DNA of 51,060 bases from an uncultured Coriobacteriaceae bacterium (lineage in GTDB: Bacteria; Actinomycetota; Coriobacteriia; Coriobacteriales; Atopobiaceae), in the NCBI GenBank assembly GCA_902797175.1, contig CADBRX010000087.1, forward strand, positions 1 through 51,060, read 5' to 3'. The position numbers were made by a program, and so were the translations under genes. This document shows positions 7,679-15,546 of the stretch, one piece after another. The notes under the pieces were generated by a model that saw only the letters and a list, made by a program, of their open reading frames with translations, searched no databases and was not told the origin of the DNA. The first letter of the stretch is position 1. Every line of letters begins with the position of its first letter.

Positions 7679-8689
7679 ATGGCATTCGGCTCTAGTTCGA
7701 GCGCATCCATCGCCGACGTGGCAAAGCTTGCGGGCGTTTCGACGCAGACGGTGTCACGCGTGGCAAATGGGTCGGATGCCGTGCGCCCTGCGACCAAGGA
7801 GCGCGTGCTGGCGGCCATGGCGGAGTTGGGCTATCGTCCCAGCTTTGCCGCGCGGAGCCTTCGCGCCGGAAGCTACCACAGCGTCGGCTTGGCCATGTCG
7901 GGCGACATAGCCGCCACGGGAAGGCGTTACCAGGTCGAGGGGGTGGCGACGGCTGCGGCGCAGCACCGCTACGCCATGACCCTGCTGCAGCTGCCCGATG
8001 ACGAGGCGACCTTGAGCGAGGCGTCGCGTCGCATGAGCTCCCTGCCGGTCGACGGGCAGATACTCTACCTTGGCTCTGACCCTTCCGACTTCGCCTCGTT
8101 CGAGCCGCCCGCGGCACTGCCCACCGTCATCATCAGCACGAGGCACCACTCTCACTGCGCAACCGTGAGCAACGACCAGATGGGGTGCGCTGTCTCCATC
8201 GTGAACCACCTGACCCAGAAGGGTCACAGGGAGATTCGCTTTGTGGGCGGCCGCCGCGACTCCTACGCCAACGTCAGCCGTCAGAAGGGCTGGGAGCAGG
8301 CCTTGCGCACGCGCGGCCTGCATGTGGTGGAGCCCTTTCACGGCGACTGGACGGCGGATAGCGGATACGAGCTGGGCGCGCGCCTTGCGCAGGACGAGAC
8401 CTGCACGGCCATCTTTGCGTCGAACGACGCCATTGCGGTGGGGGTGATCTATGCCCTGCGCGACGCGGGCCTGCGCGTTCCCGAGGACGTGAGCGTGATC
8501 GGCGTGGACGACTCGCTGGTCGGCGTGATCCCACACCTGGATCTGAGCTCGTATCGCTTCAACGGCACGCGGGTGGGCGCCATCGCCTTTGACCTTGCGA
8601 CCAACCCGCCCGAAGGCGGGGAGATCCCGCACATCCTGGTTCCAGGCACCATCGTTGAGCGCTCGACCGTGGCGCAGGCCTCGCGCTAG
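7679..8689 (+). CDS. LacI/GalR-family transcriptional regulator (probable repressor of the lac-gal operon)
   Basis: The N-terminal HTH is SIADVAKLAGVSTQTVSRVANGSDAVRPATKERVLAAMAELGYRPSFAARSL, followed by a periplasmic-binding-protein-like sugar-binding core. I prefer ATG 7679 (GAGAGGGG upstream); GTG 7658 from the ORF track is an alternative. Confidence 0.9.
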   Translation: MAFGSSSSASIADVAKLAGVSTQTVSRVANGSDAVRPATKERVLAAMAELGYRPSFAARSLRAGSYHSVGLAMSGDIAATGRRYQVEGVATAAAQHRYAMTLLQLPDDEATLSEASRRMSSLPVDGQILYLGSDPSDFASFEPPAALPTVIISTRHHSHCATVSNDQMGCAVSIVNHLTQKGHREIRFVGGRRDSYANVSRQKGWEQALRTRGLHVVEPFHGDWTADSGYELGARLAQDETCTAIFASNDAIAVGVIYALRDAGLRVPEDVSVIGVDDSLVGVIPHLDLSSYRFNGTRVGAIAFDLATNPPEGGEIPHILVPGTIVERSTVAQASR

Positions 8690-8707
8690 CAGGCACCCCG
8701 CGAAAAC

Positions 8708-10618
8708 CTACGGTTGCCGCGAGCGCTGATTATGGCGCTTGCCATTACGTCTGTTTTGAGAGTTCCCCGATTTGCCCTTCGCGCCCCTGTCCCTCGCGTC
8801 CTTCTCCGGTCGCACGAGGCACTTGGGGCCGTAGCCAATGAGGTCCTCTCGGTGCGCGCGCCTGAGCGCCTCGATGACCAGCGCGCGGTTCTTGGGGTTG
8901 CGGTACTGGATGAGTGCGCGCTGCATGGCCTTTTCGTGCGGGTCGCGCGGGCAGTACACGTGCTCCATGGTGCGCGGGTCGAGCCCCGTGTAGTAGATGC
9001 AGGTGCTGATGGTCGAGGGCGTGGGGTAGAAGTCGCTGACCTGTTCGGGGTTGTAGCCCAGGTCGCGGCAGAACTCGGCGAGCTCGACGGCAACCTTCAT
9101 CGTGGAGCCCGGGTGGCTGCTCATGAGGTAGGGGAGCACGTACTGCTCTTTGCCGGCTGCCTTTGATGCGGCGTCAAACTCCTTGCAGAAGGCCTGGTAG
9201 ACATCGTTTGACGGCTTTCCCATAACGGACAGGACCTCGTCCGACACATGCTCGGGTGCCAGACGCAGCTGGCCGCTCGTGTGGTGCTTTGCCAGCTCGC
9301 GGATGAAGGCGTGGTCGGGGTCAAGCAGGGCGTAGTCAAAGCGGATGCCGCTGCGCACGAAGACCTTTTTGACGCCGGGCACCTCACGTAGCTTGCGCAG
9401 CAGCTTGAGGTAGCTCTTGTGCGTGACGCGCAGCGCCTTGCAGGGCTTGGGGCTCAGGCAGCGGCGGTCGGTGCAAGCGCCCGCCTTGAGCTGCTTGGCG
9501 CAGGCGGGAATGCGGAACTGCGCCGTGGGACCCCCCACGTCGTGGATGTATCCCTTGAAGTCAGGGTCATGCGTCATGAGTTCCGCCTCGGCGAGGATGG
9601 ACTCGTCCGAGCGCGTCTGTATGATGCGTCCCTGGTGGAAGTTGAGGGAGCAGAAGGCGCAGTCCCCCAGGCATCCGCGGTTGACGGTGAGCGAGAACTT
9701 GACCTCCGCAAGCGCCGGGATGCCGCCTTCCTTGTCGTAGCGGGGGTGCCACGTGCGGGCGTAGGGCAGCTCGTATACCTGGTCAAACTCCTCGGTGGTG
9801 AGCGGAGTCGACGGCGGGTTCTGTATCACGTAGACGCCGTGCGGGTACTCCTCCACCAGGGGGTGCCCCAAGAAGGGATTGAGGTTGCGATACTGCTCGC
9901 CAAAGCTTTGCGCATAGGCCCTTTTGCTCTGCGAGATCTCTTCCCACGTGGGAAGGAAGATGGGGTCCACGCACTGTTCGGTCGTGCGGGAGCGGTAGAC
10001 CGTCCCCTGAATGAAGGTGAGGTCATGCACGTCGAGGCCCGCGTTCAGGGCATCGGCGATCTCTACGATGGAGTGCTCTCCCATGCCGTAGCTGATGAGG
10101 TCTGCGCCAGAGTCGAGCAGGATGGAGCGCTTGAGCGAGTCGGACCAGTAGTCGTAGTGGGCAAGCCGGCGCAGGGACGCCTCGATGCCCCCCAAGATGA
10201 TGGGCGTGCGCTTGTAGGTGCGACGGATGAGGTTGCCGTAGACCACGCATGCGTGGTCGGGGCGCAGGCCCATCTTGCCGCCGGGGGAGTAGTAGTCCTT
10301 TGAGCGTCGGCGCTTTGCCACGGTGTAATGGTTGACCATGGAGTCCATGTTGCCCGACGAGACCAAAAAGCCCAGCCGCGGCTCTCCCAGGACGGTGACG
10401 CTGGCGGGGTCTCGCCAATCGGGCTGTGCGATGATGCCCACCTTGTAGCCGTTGGCTTCGAGCAGGCGGCTGATGATGGCGGGCCCAAAGGAGGGGTGGT
10501 CTACGTAGGCGTCTCCGCTGACGTAGACAAAGTCGCACTGATCCCAGCCCCGCTCATGCATCTCGCGGCGGGTGGTAGGGAGGAAGGCGGCCGTGGCGCT
10601 TTGGCTCTTCTCTTCCAT
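8708..10618 (-). CDS. ygiQ: YgiQ-family radical SAM protein (UPF0313), function unknown
   Basis: 636 aa. The N-terminus FLPTTRREMHERGWDQCDFVYVSGDAYVDHPSFG is typical of YgiQ. The radical-SAM cluster motif is CLGDCAFCS, and the C-terminal tail is basic. The start lies 3 nt after the thioesterase stop. Confidence 0.88.
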   Translation of the reverse strand: MEEKSQSATAAFLPTTRREMHERGWDQCDFVYVSGDAYVDHPSFGPAIISRLLEANGYKVGIIAQPDWRDPASVTVLGEPRLGFLVSSGNMDSMVNHYTVAKRRRSKDYYSPGGKMGLRPDHACVVYGNLIRRTYKRTPIILGGIEASLRRLAHYDYWSDSLKRSILLDSGADLISYGMGEHSIVEIADALNAGLDVHDLTFIQGTVYRSRTTEQCVDPIFLPTWEEISQSKRAYAQSFGEQYRNLNPFLGHPLVEEYPHGVYVIQNPPSTPLTTEEFDQVYELPYARTWHPRYDKEGGIPALAEVKFSLTVNRGCLGDCAFCSLNFHQGRIIQTRSDESILAEAELMTHDPDFKGYIHDVGGPTAQFRIPACAKQLKAGACTDRRCLSPKPCKALRVTHKSYLKLLRKLREVPGVKKVFVRSGIRFDYALLDPDHAFIRELAKHHTSGQLRLAPEHVSDEVLSVMGKPSNDVYQAFCKEFDAASKAAGKEQYVLPYLMSSHPGSTMKVAVELAEFCRDLGYNPEQVSDFYPTPSTISTCIYYTGLDPRTMEHVYCPRDPHEKAMQRALIQYRNPKNRALVIEALRRAHREDLIGYGPKCLVRPEKDARDRGAKGKSGNSQNRRNGKRHNQRSRQP

Positions 10619-10621
10619 GGG

Positions 10622-11119
10622 CTATACGCCCTCCGCACGGCGCATCTTGCGGATCTCGGCGCGACGACGTGCCCCGTCGCATTCCTCGTGCTGCTCGGGC
10701 GTGGTGGCCACGAGGCCCCAGGGCACCGTCATGGGATGGCCCTCGTCATCCACGCACACCTCGGTGAGGTAGGCGTGGTTGATCATTGTGCGCTCTCCGC
10801 TTGCCGGGTCGATTACATAGGTGTCGGCGCGAACCTCCATTGAGGTGTTGCCCACGTGCGTGACCCACGCCTCGATGACCACGATGTCGTTGAGGTAGGC
10901 CGGGTGCTTGAACTCGAGCGTGTCGATGGCGGCGGTGGTGACGTTGCCTCCGCACTGCAGGCGCGCCGCGATGCCGGCCGCGTCGTCGATCCATTCCATG
11001 AGGCGTCCGCCAAACAGGCGGTTCGAGCCATTGATGTCCTCGTGACGCAGCATGTGGGTGGCGACGGCGCTTGCCTCGCCTACGGTCTTGATGCCCATGG
11101 GGTGCTCGACGTCGGCCAT
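10622..11119 (-). CDS. Acyl-CoA thioesterase (hotdog fold, YciA/acyl-CoA hydrolase-like)
   Basis: 165 aa with DINGSNRLFGGRLMEWIDDAAGIAA and VTTAAIDTLEFKHPAYLNDIVVIEAWVTHVGNTSMEV, typical of the acyl-CoA hydrolase hotdog family. GGAGG lies 6 nt upstream. Confidence 0.85.
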   Translation of the reverse strand: MADVEHPMGIKTVGEASAVATHMLRHEDINGSNRLFGGRLMEWIDDAAGIAARLQCGGNVTTAAIDTLEFKHPAYLNDIVVIEAWVTHVGNTSMEVRADTYVIDPASGERTMINHAYLTEVCVDDEGHPMTVPWGLVATTPEQHEECDGARRRAEIRKMRRAEGV

Positions 11120-11267
11120 GGCGGCCTCCTTCTGACGTGTCGGAACAAAGAACGGTCACTGGCTATGGTATCCGATGCGCATGCCAAAAGCTTCGGGACC
11201 ACAGGGTCCGACCTTCTGGCCCCGTGCGTTACAATTGCAGGCAAACGCATATATGAGGAGGTAGAGC

Positions 11268-11966
11268 ATGGCAAACGAGAACTGGATTCAGATTGACGGG
11301 CGTACGTGGCGCTATGAGGATCGCGGTGTCCGCTTCTTCCTTCTGACGGGAGACGAGCAGGCGCTCCTGCTTGACAGCGGCATGACCGTCGACAACGCGC
11401 GCGAGCTCGCGGAGGAGCTGACCACGCTTCCGCTTGCGCTCCTCAACACCCATGCCGACCGCGACCACGTGGCGGGCAACGCCGCGTTCGAGCGCATCTA
11501 CGTGAGTCCCTGTGAGCTGGTCCATCCGCAGCTGCGTGCGCTCACTTCCGGGCAGGTCGTGCCCGTGTGGGATGGCGACGTGATTGACTTGGGCGGCCGC
11601 GAGCTTGAGGCCATCGCGCTGCCGGGCCACACACCGGGCTCGATGGCGCTTCTTGACCGCACGACCGGCATGCTCTTTGCGGGCGACCCCATCCAGCGCA
11701 ACGGCCGCATCTTCATGTTCGGAGCCATGCGCTCGCTGCCGGCCTACATCCACAGCCTGAGGCGCCTGCGCACGCGTGCGGACGAGATTGTCTCCATATG
11801 GCCTTGCCATGCCGACTGTCCCGTTGACGTGGGCACCATCGACGAACTCATCTCCGGAGCCGAGGCCGTCGAGCGTGGTGAGGTTGCGTACTCCCTGGCC
11901 GAGATGCACGGCACGCCCATTCGCGAGTACGACATCGGCGTATCGGTGCTCCTCCTTGACGCATAG
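11268..11966 (+). CDS. MBL-fold metallo-hydrolase
   Basis: 232 aa with the metal-binding motif LLNTHADRDHVAGN (HxHxDH variant) and LPGHTPGS. GAGGAGG lies 7 nt upstream. Confidence 0.8.
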   Translation: MANENWIQIDGRTWRYEDRGVRFFLLTGDEQALLLDSGMTVDNARELAEELTTLPLALLNTHADRDHVAGNAAFERIYVSPCELVHPQLRALTSGQVVPVWDGDVIDLGGRELEAIALPGHTPGSMALLDRTTGMLFAGDPIQRNGRIFMFGAMRSLPAYIHSLRRLRTRADEIVSIWPCHADCPVDVGTIDELISGAEAVERGEVAYSLAEMHGTPIREYDIGVSVLLLDA

Positions 11967-12024
11967 CCCGTGCTGCCGCCGGCGTCGTACGGGGATGAGG
12001 CCCTCAAGCGCGGCGTGGCGACCG

Positions 12025-13464
12025 TTACGAGATGCCGAGCGAGCGATAGGTCGGGTCGTGCAGCTTCTGCAGGCAGATGGCCATCTCGCCCAGATAGACG
12101 CGCTCGATGTAGTCGTCTACGACATAGAGCGGCGGCACGTGTTCGGGTGGGAAGATCTTGCAGAGTGCCTGGCGTAGCTCGTCCATGTCGTCGACGGTGT
12201 CCACGCCCAGGTAGATTGCCTCGGGTGCGGTGAGGGCGATGCTTACGGCGCACACATTCTTGGCGATTTGGAAGAGCCCTTCTTCGCTCCAGAGGGCGTC
12301 GTCGAAAGGCATGTCCAACGCAAAGAGATTCTCGTAGTAGCGTGGCTCACCGGCCAGATTGCCCCTGCCCTTGAGCAGGCGGCCATCGATGATGGTGCCC
12401 AGGCCTCCCGCAGCGTGTCCGAAGGCGTGGCGGAAGAACACGAGGTTCTCGTACTTGTCCTGGCTGACGTAGCACCCCACGGCGGCGGCATTGCAGTTGT
12501 TGTCCACGTAGGTCTTGATGCCAAAGCGCCCCTCGATGTGGCCGCGCAGGTCATGGGTGCCCTCGACGATTCCCTCCAGCGTCACGGTGCCGCGATAGGC
12601 AACGCCTGGCACGGCAATGCCCACGGCATCCAGGTTGTCGATGGCCACGCCACGCCCGGGGAGCGTCTCGATGAGGTCCTCGATGTCTCGAAAGTCGAGG
12701 CGCGGCTTGCGTACGGCGCCCTCGCTTGCAATGACGCCATGGTCAAACAGCCGATAGCCAACGCGGGAATGGTCGCGTAGCGTGAAGAGGGTGATGATGA
12801 GGATGCGACGGTCGTTTGCGAGGTCACGTGTGGCCCGAAGGTCGTTGTGTCGTGTGATGGGCGTCTGGACGTCATGCAGGGCGTGCATCACCAGCTGCAG
12901 CGCCGCGGCAGCATCAAAGCTGCCAAAGACCTTGCCAGGAATCTCGAACACCACGGCGTTGGGATGGGCATCCATGATCTGCTGGCGCATATGGCTCACT
13001 TGGGGGGCCAGCAGCACGGCAGCCCAGTCGCCTCCCGGCTGGAGCGCCTCGGTGACGGGCATGGCCGTGAAGTCGTAGTCAAGCGACAGCGCAATGGCGA
13101 CGTCGCCCATCTTCGAGGCAAAGAGCGTGGTGGTGAGGGCAGAGGTGCAGCACAGAAGGACATGCGTCGCCTGCTGCTCGTTTTCGCTCTCGAGGGCCTC
13201 GACCATCTCCTCAAAGAGCTCCTTTGCGCGCTCGAGGTCGTCAAGCAGCACATGCAGGAAGAAGATGGGCTCGTTGTCAAGGTGGCGGACGATGCGGTAT
13301 TCGGCAATCTCCTCGCTGCCGTCCAGGCCAGCGTAGATGTTGACCTCTGCGGTGACGGTCATGAGCTTGATGCGCATGTGGTCGGTGTCAACGGCGGTCG
13401 GAGCGATTCCGTCGATGCGCTGGGCAAGGACCCACTTCCTGAACCTCGTGCCAATCGTTGCCAT
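12025..13464 (-). CDS. Multidomain protein of unknown function: unassigned ~90-aa N-domain + PTS EIIB(Lac/Cel/Chb-type)-like domain + degenerate ROK/sugar-kinase-like domain
   Basis: 479 aa. The EIIB-like region is THVLLCCTSALTTTLF...AAVLLAPQVSHMRQQI...AVVFEIPGKVFGSFD. The ROK-like region has GIAVPGVAY, YVDNNCNAAAVGCY and GRGNLAGEPRYY. It lacks a DxGGT phosphate-1 motif, the CxCGxxGC zinc motif and an HTH. It is a full-length paralogue of the C-terminal 470 aa of the 19025..21241 product. Confidence 0.7.
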   Translation of the reverse strand: MATIGTRFRKWVLAQRIDGIAPTAVDTDHMRIKLMTVTAEVNIYAGLDGSEEIAEYRIVRHLDNEPIFFLHVLLDDLERAKELFEEMVEALESENEQQATHVLLCCTSALTTTLFASKMGDVAIALSLDYDFTAMPVTEALQPGGDWAAVLLAPQVSHMRQQIMDAHPNAVVFEIPGKVFGSFDAAAALQLVMHALHDVQTPITRHNDLRATRDLANDRRILIITLFTLRDHSRVGYRLFDHGVIASEGAVRKPRLDFRDIEDLIETLPGRGVAIDNLDAVGIAVPGVAYRGTVTLEGIVEGTHDLRGHIEGRFGIKTYVDNNCNAAAVGCYVSQDKYENLVFFRHAFGHAAGGLGTIIDGRLLKGRGNLAGEPRYYENLFALDMPFDDALWSEEGLFQIAKNVCAVSIALTAPEAIYLGVDTVDDMDELRQALCKIFPPEHVPPLYVVDDYIERVYLGEMAICLQKLHDPTYRSLGIS

Positions 13465-13585
13465 AGCCTTACCCCTCGAAGCCCTCTGTCATACATCATT
13501 ATGCTACGCCATAAGAAGTGTCAGAAACGTTAACCCTTGCTCTGCGGAGCCCTCCGGTCGAGAAAAGAGCTGCTCGTCCATGACA

Positions 13586-13615
13586 ACGCCCGCAGTGGAT
13601 GGACACTGCGGGCGT
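13586..13615. terminator. Stem-loop (12-bp perfect stem, 6-nt loop) downstream of the HAD gene 13644..14477
   Basis: The sequence is acgcccgcagtg-gatgga-cactgcgggcgt, located 29 nt after the stop codon. There is no clear U-tract, so its function as an intrinsic terminator is uncertain. Confidence 0.5.
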
Positions 13616-13643
13616 CGTCAGAGTATCGGTAACGACTGCGGGC

Positions 13644-14477
13644 CTAGATCAGGTCCAGGTGCTTGAAGGCATTGTAGAGGCCGTCATCGTCCACGTCGTC
13701 GGTGATGTAGTCTGCCGCCGCCTTGATCTCGGGACCGCCGTTGCCCATGGCCACGTTGAAGGCGCAGAGCTCAAACATGGAAAGATCGATCTTGGCGTCG
13801 CCAAAGCTGATGGTGTCGGCCTGATCTGCGCCCAGATGCTCGAGCAGCACCTCGATGGCGTGCTTCTTGGTGATGCCCTTGGGTCCCAGGTCGCCAAAGA
13901 GCGCCTGCTCGTCCTTGCCGCCCCAGGTGTTGGCCTCCATGTCGGGGAACTCGACACGGCTGTCAAGATGGTCCTGATAGCTGGAGAGGATGAAGCTGAC
14001 CTTGTTCACGTCGTCGCGATACAGGTCGTCAGTGCGGATCATGGAGTTGACGAAGCTCTGGCCAGCGGCTTTCGCGGCCTCCTCGGTCGCGCCCTTGCCC
14101 ATGGCGTACTTGTACATGACTGCGGGTGCCTGCTCGACAAACCAGCTGTTGATGTACATGCCGCTGTTGGCCTCGAGGTAGAAGCCCAAGTGTCGCTCGT
14201 TGCACCAGTCGACGATATGCTTGACCTGCTCAACGGTGAGCGCCTGGTGCATGACCACCTGGCCATCGTCCTCAACGTAGCCGCCGTTGGCGCCGATCAT
14301 GCCGTCAAGCTCGGGCAGGTCGCGCTGCTCGATCTCTGCCTTGGAGCAACCGGTGCAGATATACACCTTGTGGCCGTGTGCACGGGCCTCCTCAACGGCG
14401 CGCTTTGCGGATTCGGGGCAGACGGCATCGTAGTTGATGAGGGTCCCGTCCACGTCGAGAAACACGATCTTGCTCAT
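13644..14477 (-). CDS. Cof-type HAD-IIB family phosphatase/hydrolase
   Basis: The N-terminus is MSKIVFLDVDGTLINY (motif I) and motif IV is SFGDAKIDLSMFE. I prefer the second ATG (14477), which has better spacing to the GAAAGG Shine-Dalgarno sequence. The ORF-track start at 14483 is 2 codons longer. Confidence 0.85.
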   Translation of the reverse strand: MSKIVFLDVDGTLINYDAVCPESAKRAVEEARAHGHKVYICTGCSKAEIEQRDLPELDGMIGANGGYVEDDGQVVMHQALTVEQVKHIVDWCNERHLGFYLEANSGMYINSWFVEQAPAVMYKYAMGKGATEEAAKAAGQSFVNSMIRTDDLYRDDVNKVSFILSSYQDHLDSRVEFPDMEANTWGGKDEQALFGDLGPKGITKKHAIEVLLEHLGADQADTISFGDAKIDLSMFELCAFNVAMGNGGPEIKAAADYITDDVDDDGLYNAFKHLDLI

Positions 14478-14579
14478 GGTCATCCTTTCAGCTGGTTTCA
14501 GTTGTCGTTTGTCATGCTAACATGACTTGGTTGCTCAACGGGGTTGCGCGACAAGGATTTCAAGGCGGGGGAGGTCAGC

Positions 14580-14855
14580 ATGGCTGGCAATGACAATGGG
14601 TGGAACTCCTTCATGCAAAGCAAGCAGGCTCGCATCATCCTCAACGGGTTCTGCGCCGTCATGTGCGCCGTCTATGCGGTTGACGCGGCGCGCGAGCTGC
14701 TGGGAGGCGGCAACGCCCTGCTCATCGAGCAGGTTGGCCAGACCGCCTATGTGGCCCTGACCGCCATTCGCGGACTTGTGTGTGCCTGGGTGGCATTCGT
14801 CTTTGGCCGCATGACGTACAAGACGTTCATGGAGTCTGACGAGGACAACCGCTAA
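14580..14855 (+). CDS. Small hypothetical membrane protein (two predicted hydrophobic helices)
   Basis: 91 aa from ATG 14580, with GGGGGAGG 6 nt upstream. The hydrophobic segments are IILNGFCAVMCAVYAV and YVALTAIRGLVCAWVAFVF. I recognise no family. The stop is 19 nt before tdk. Confidence 0.5.
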   Translation: MAGNDNGWNSFMQSKQARIILNGFCAVMCAVYAVDAARELLGGGNALLIEQVGQTAYVALTAIRGLVCAWVAFVFGRMTYKTFMESDEDNR

Positions 14856-14874
14856 CGTCCCAAGGGGGTTCGCC

Positions 14875-15450
14875 ATGGCAAAGCTCTACTTCCGCTACGG
14901 CTCGATGGGCAGCTCAAAGACTGCCAATGCGCTGATGGTCGCCTACAACTACCAGGAGAAGGGCCAGAGGGCCCTTCTGGCCAAGCCGGCGCTGGACAAC
15001 CGTGATGGCGACGGGGTCATGGCGTCGCGCATCGGCCTCTCACGCCCGTGCATCTCAGTCGAGCGCCTCATGCAGATGAGCCAGCAGGAAATCAGCTCCT
15101 ATGACTGCGTGATCATTGACGAGGCGCAGTTCTGCACCAAGGAGCAGGTGGCCTTTCTGACCGACATCGTCGATGTGTACGGCGTCCCCGTCATTGCGTA
15201 TGGACTGCGCACCGACTTCCAGCGGAACCTCTTCGAGGGATCGCTCTGGCTGCTTGCCTGGGCAGATGTCATAGAGGAGATCAAAACCGTGTGCTGGTGC
15301 GGCAAGGCGGCAACGTGCGTCGCGCGCTTTGACGAGAAGGGCGTCATGGTCACCGAGGGAAGCCAGGTGCAGCTGGGCGGAAACGACAGCTACACCAGCG
15401 TCTGTCGTGCCCACCACAAGCTTCGTATGATTCACGGGCCAAAGAGCTGA
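14875..15450 (+). CDS. tdk: Thymidine kinase
   Basis: 191 aa with the P-loop GSMGSSKT, the IIDEAQF motif, and the zinc ribbon CWCGKAAT...SVCRAHH. Confidence 0.92.
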   Translation: MAKLYFRYGSMGSSKTANALMVAYNYQEKGQRALLAKPALDNRDGDGVMASRIGLSRPCISVERLMQMSQQEISSYDCVIIDEAQFCTKEQVAFLTDIVDVYGVPVIAYGLRTDFQRNLFEGSLWLLAWADVIEEIKTVCWCGKAATCVARFDEKGVMVTEGSQVQLGGNDSYTSVCRAHHKLRMIHGPKS

Positions 15451-15489
15451 AGCGACTGGTTCGTCGGCCGACTGATATGCGCATAAGTT

Positions 15490-15518
15490 CCTTCACTTAG
15501 ATACTATCTTGGTGAAGG
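15490..15518. repeat. 29-bp imperfect palindrome (12/14 arm matches), locally AT-rich, between tdk and the permease-GGDEF gene; role unknown (operator or tdk terminator)
   Basis: The sequence is ccttcacttagata-c-tatcttggtgaagg, read directly. It ends 29 nt upstream of ATG 15547. Confidence 0.5.
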
Positions 15519-15546
15519 TCGACGAGCGTTGTGGGGGTCAAGCGGC

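Noticed and set aside
11226-11260. Sigma-70-like promoter TTACAA-N15/17-TATATG/TATGAG for the MBL-hydrolase gene
   Set aside because: The -10 candidate overlaps the ribosome-binding site and the hexamer matches are weak. I did not report it as a feature.
13522-13535. lac-operator-like half-site (GGTTAACGTTTCTG on the coding strand) upstream of the EIIB-ROK-like gene 12025..13464, which would link it to the lac regulon
   Set aside because: Only the AACGTT core plus one half-site matches the TGTTAACGTTAACA operator, and the second half is not symmetric. That is insufficient to call a binding site without a regulon-wide motif model.
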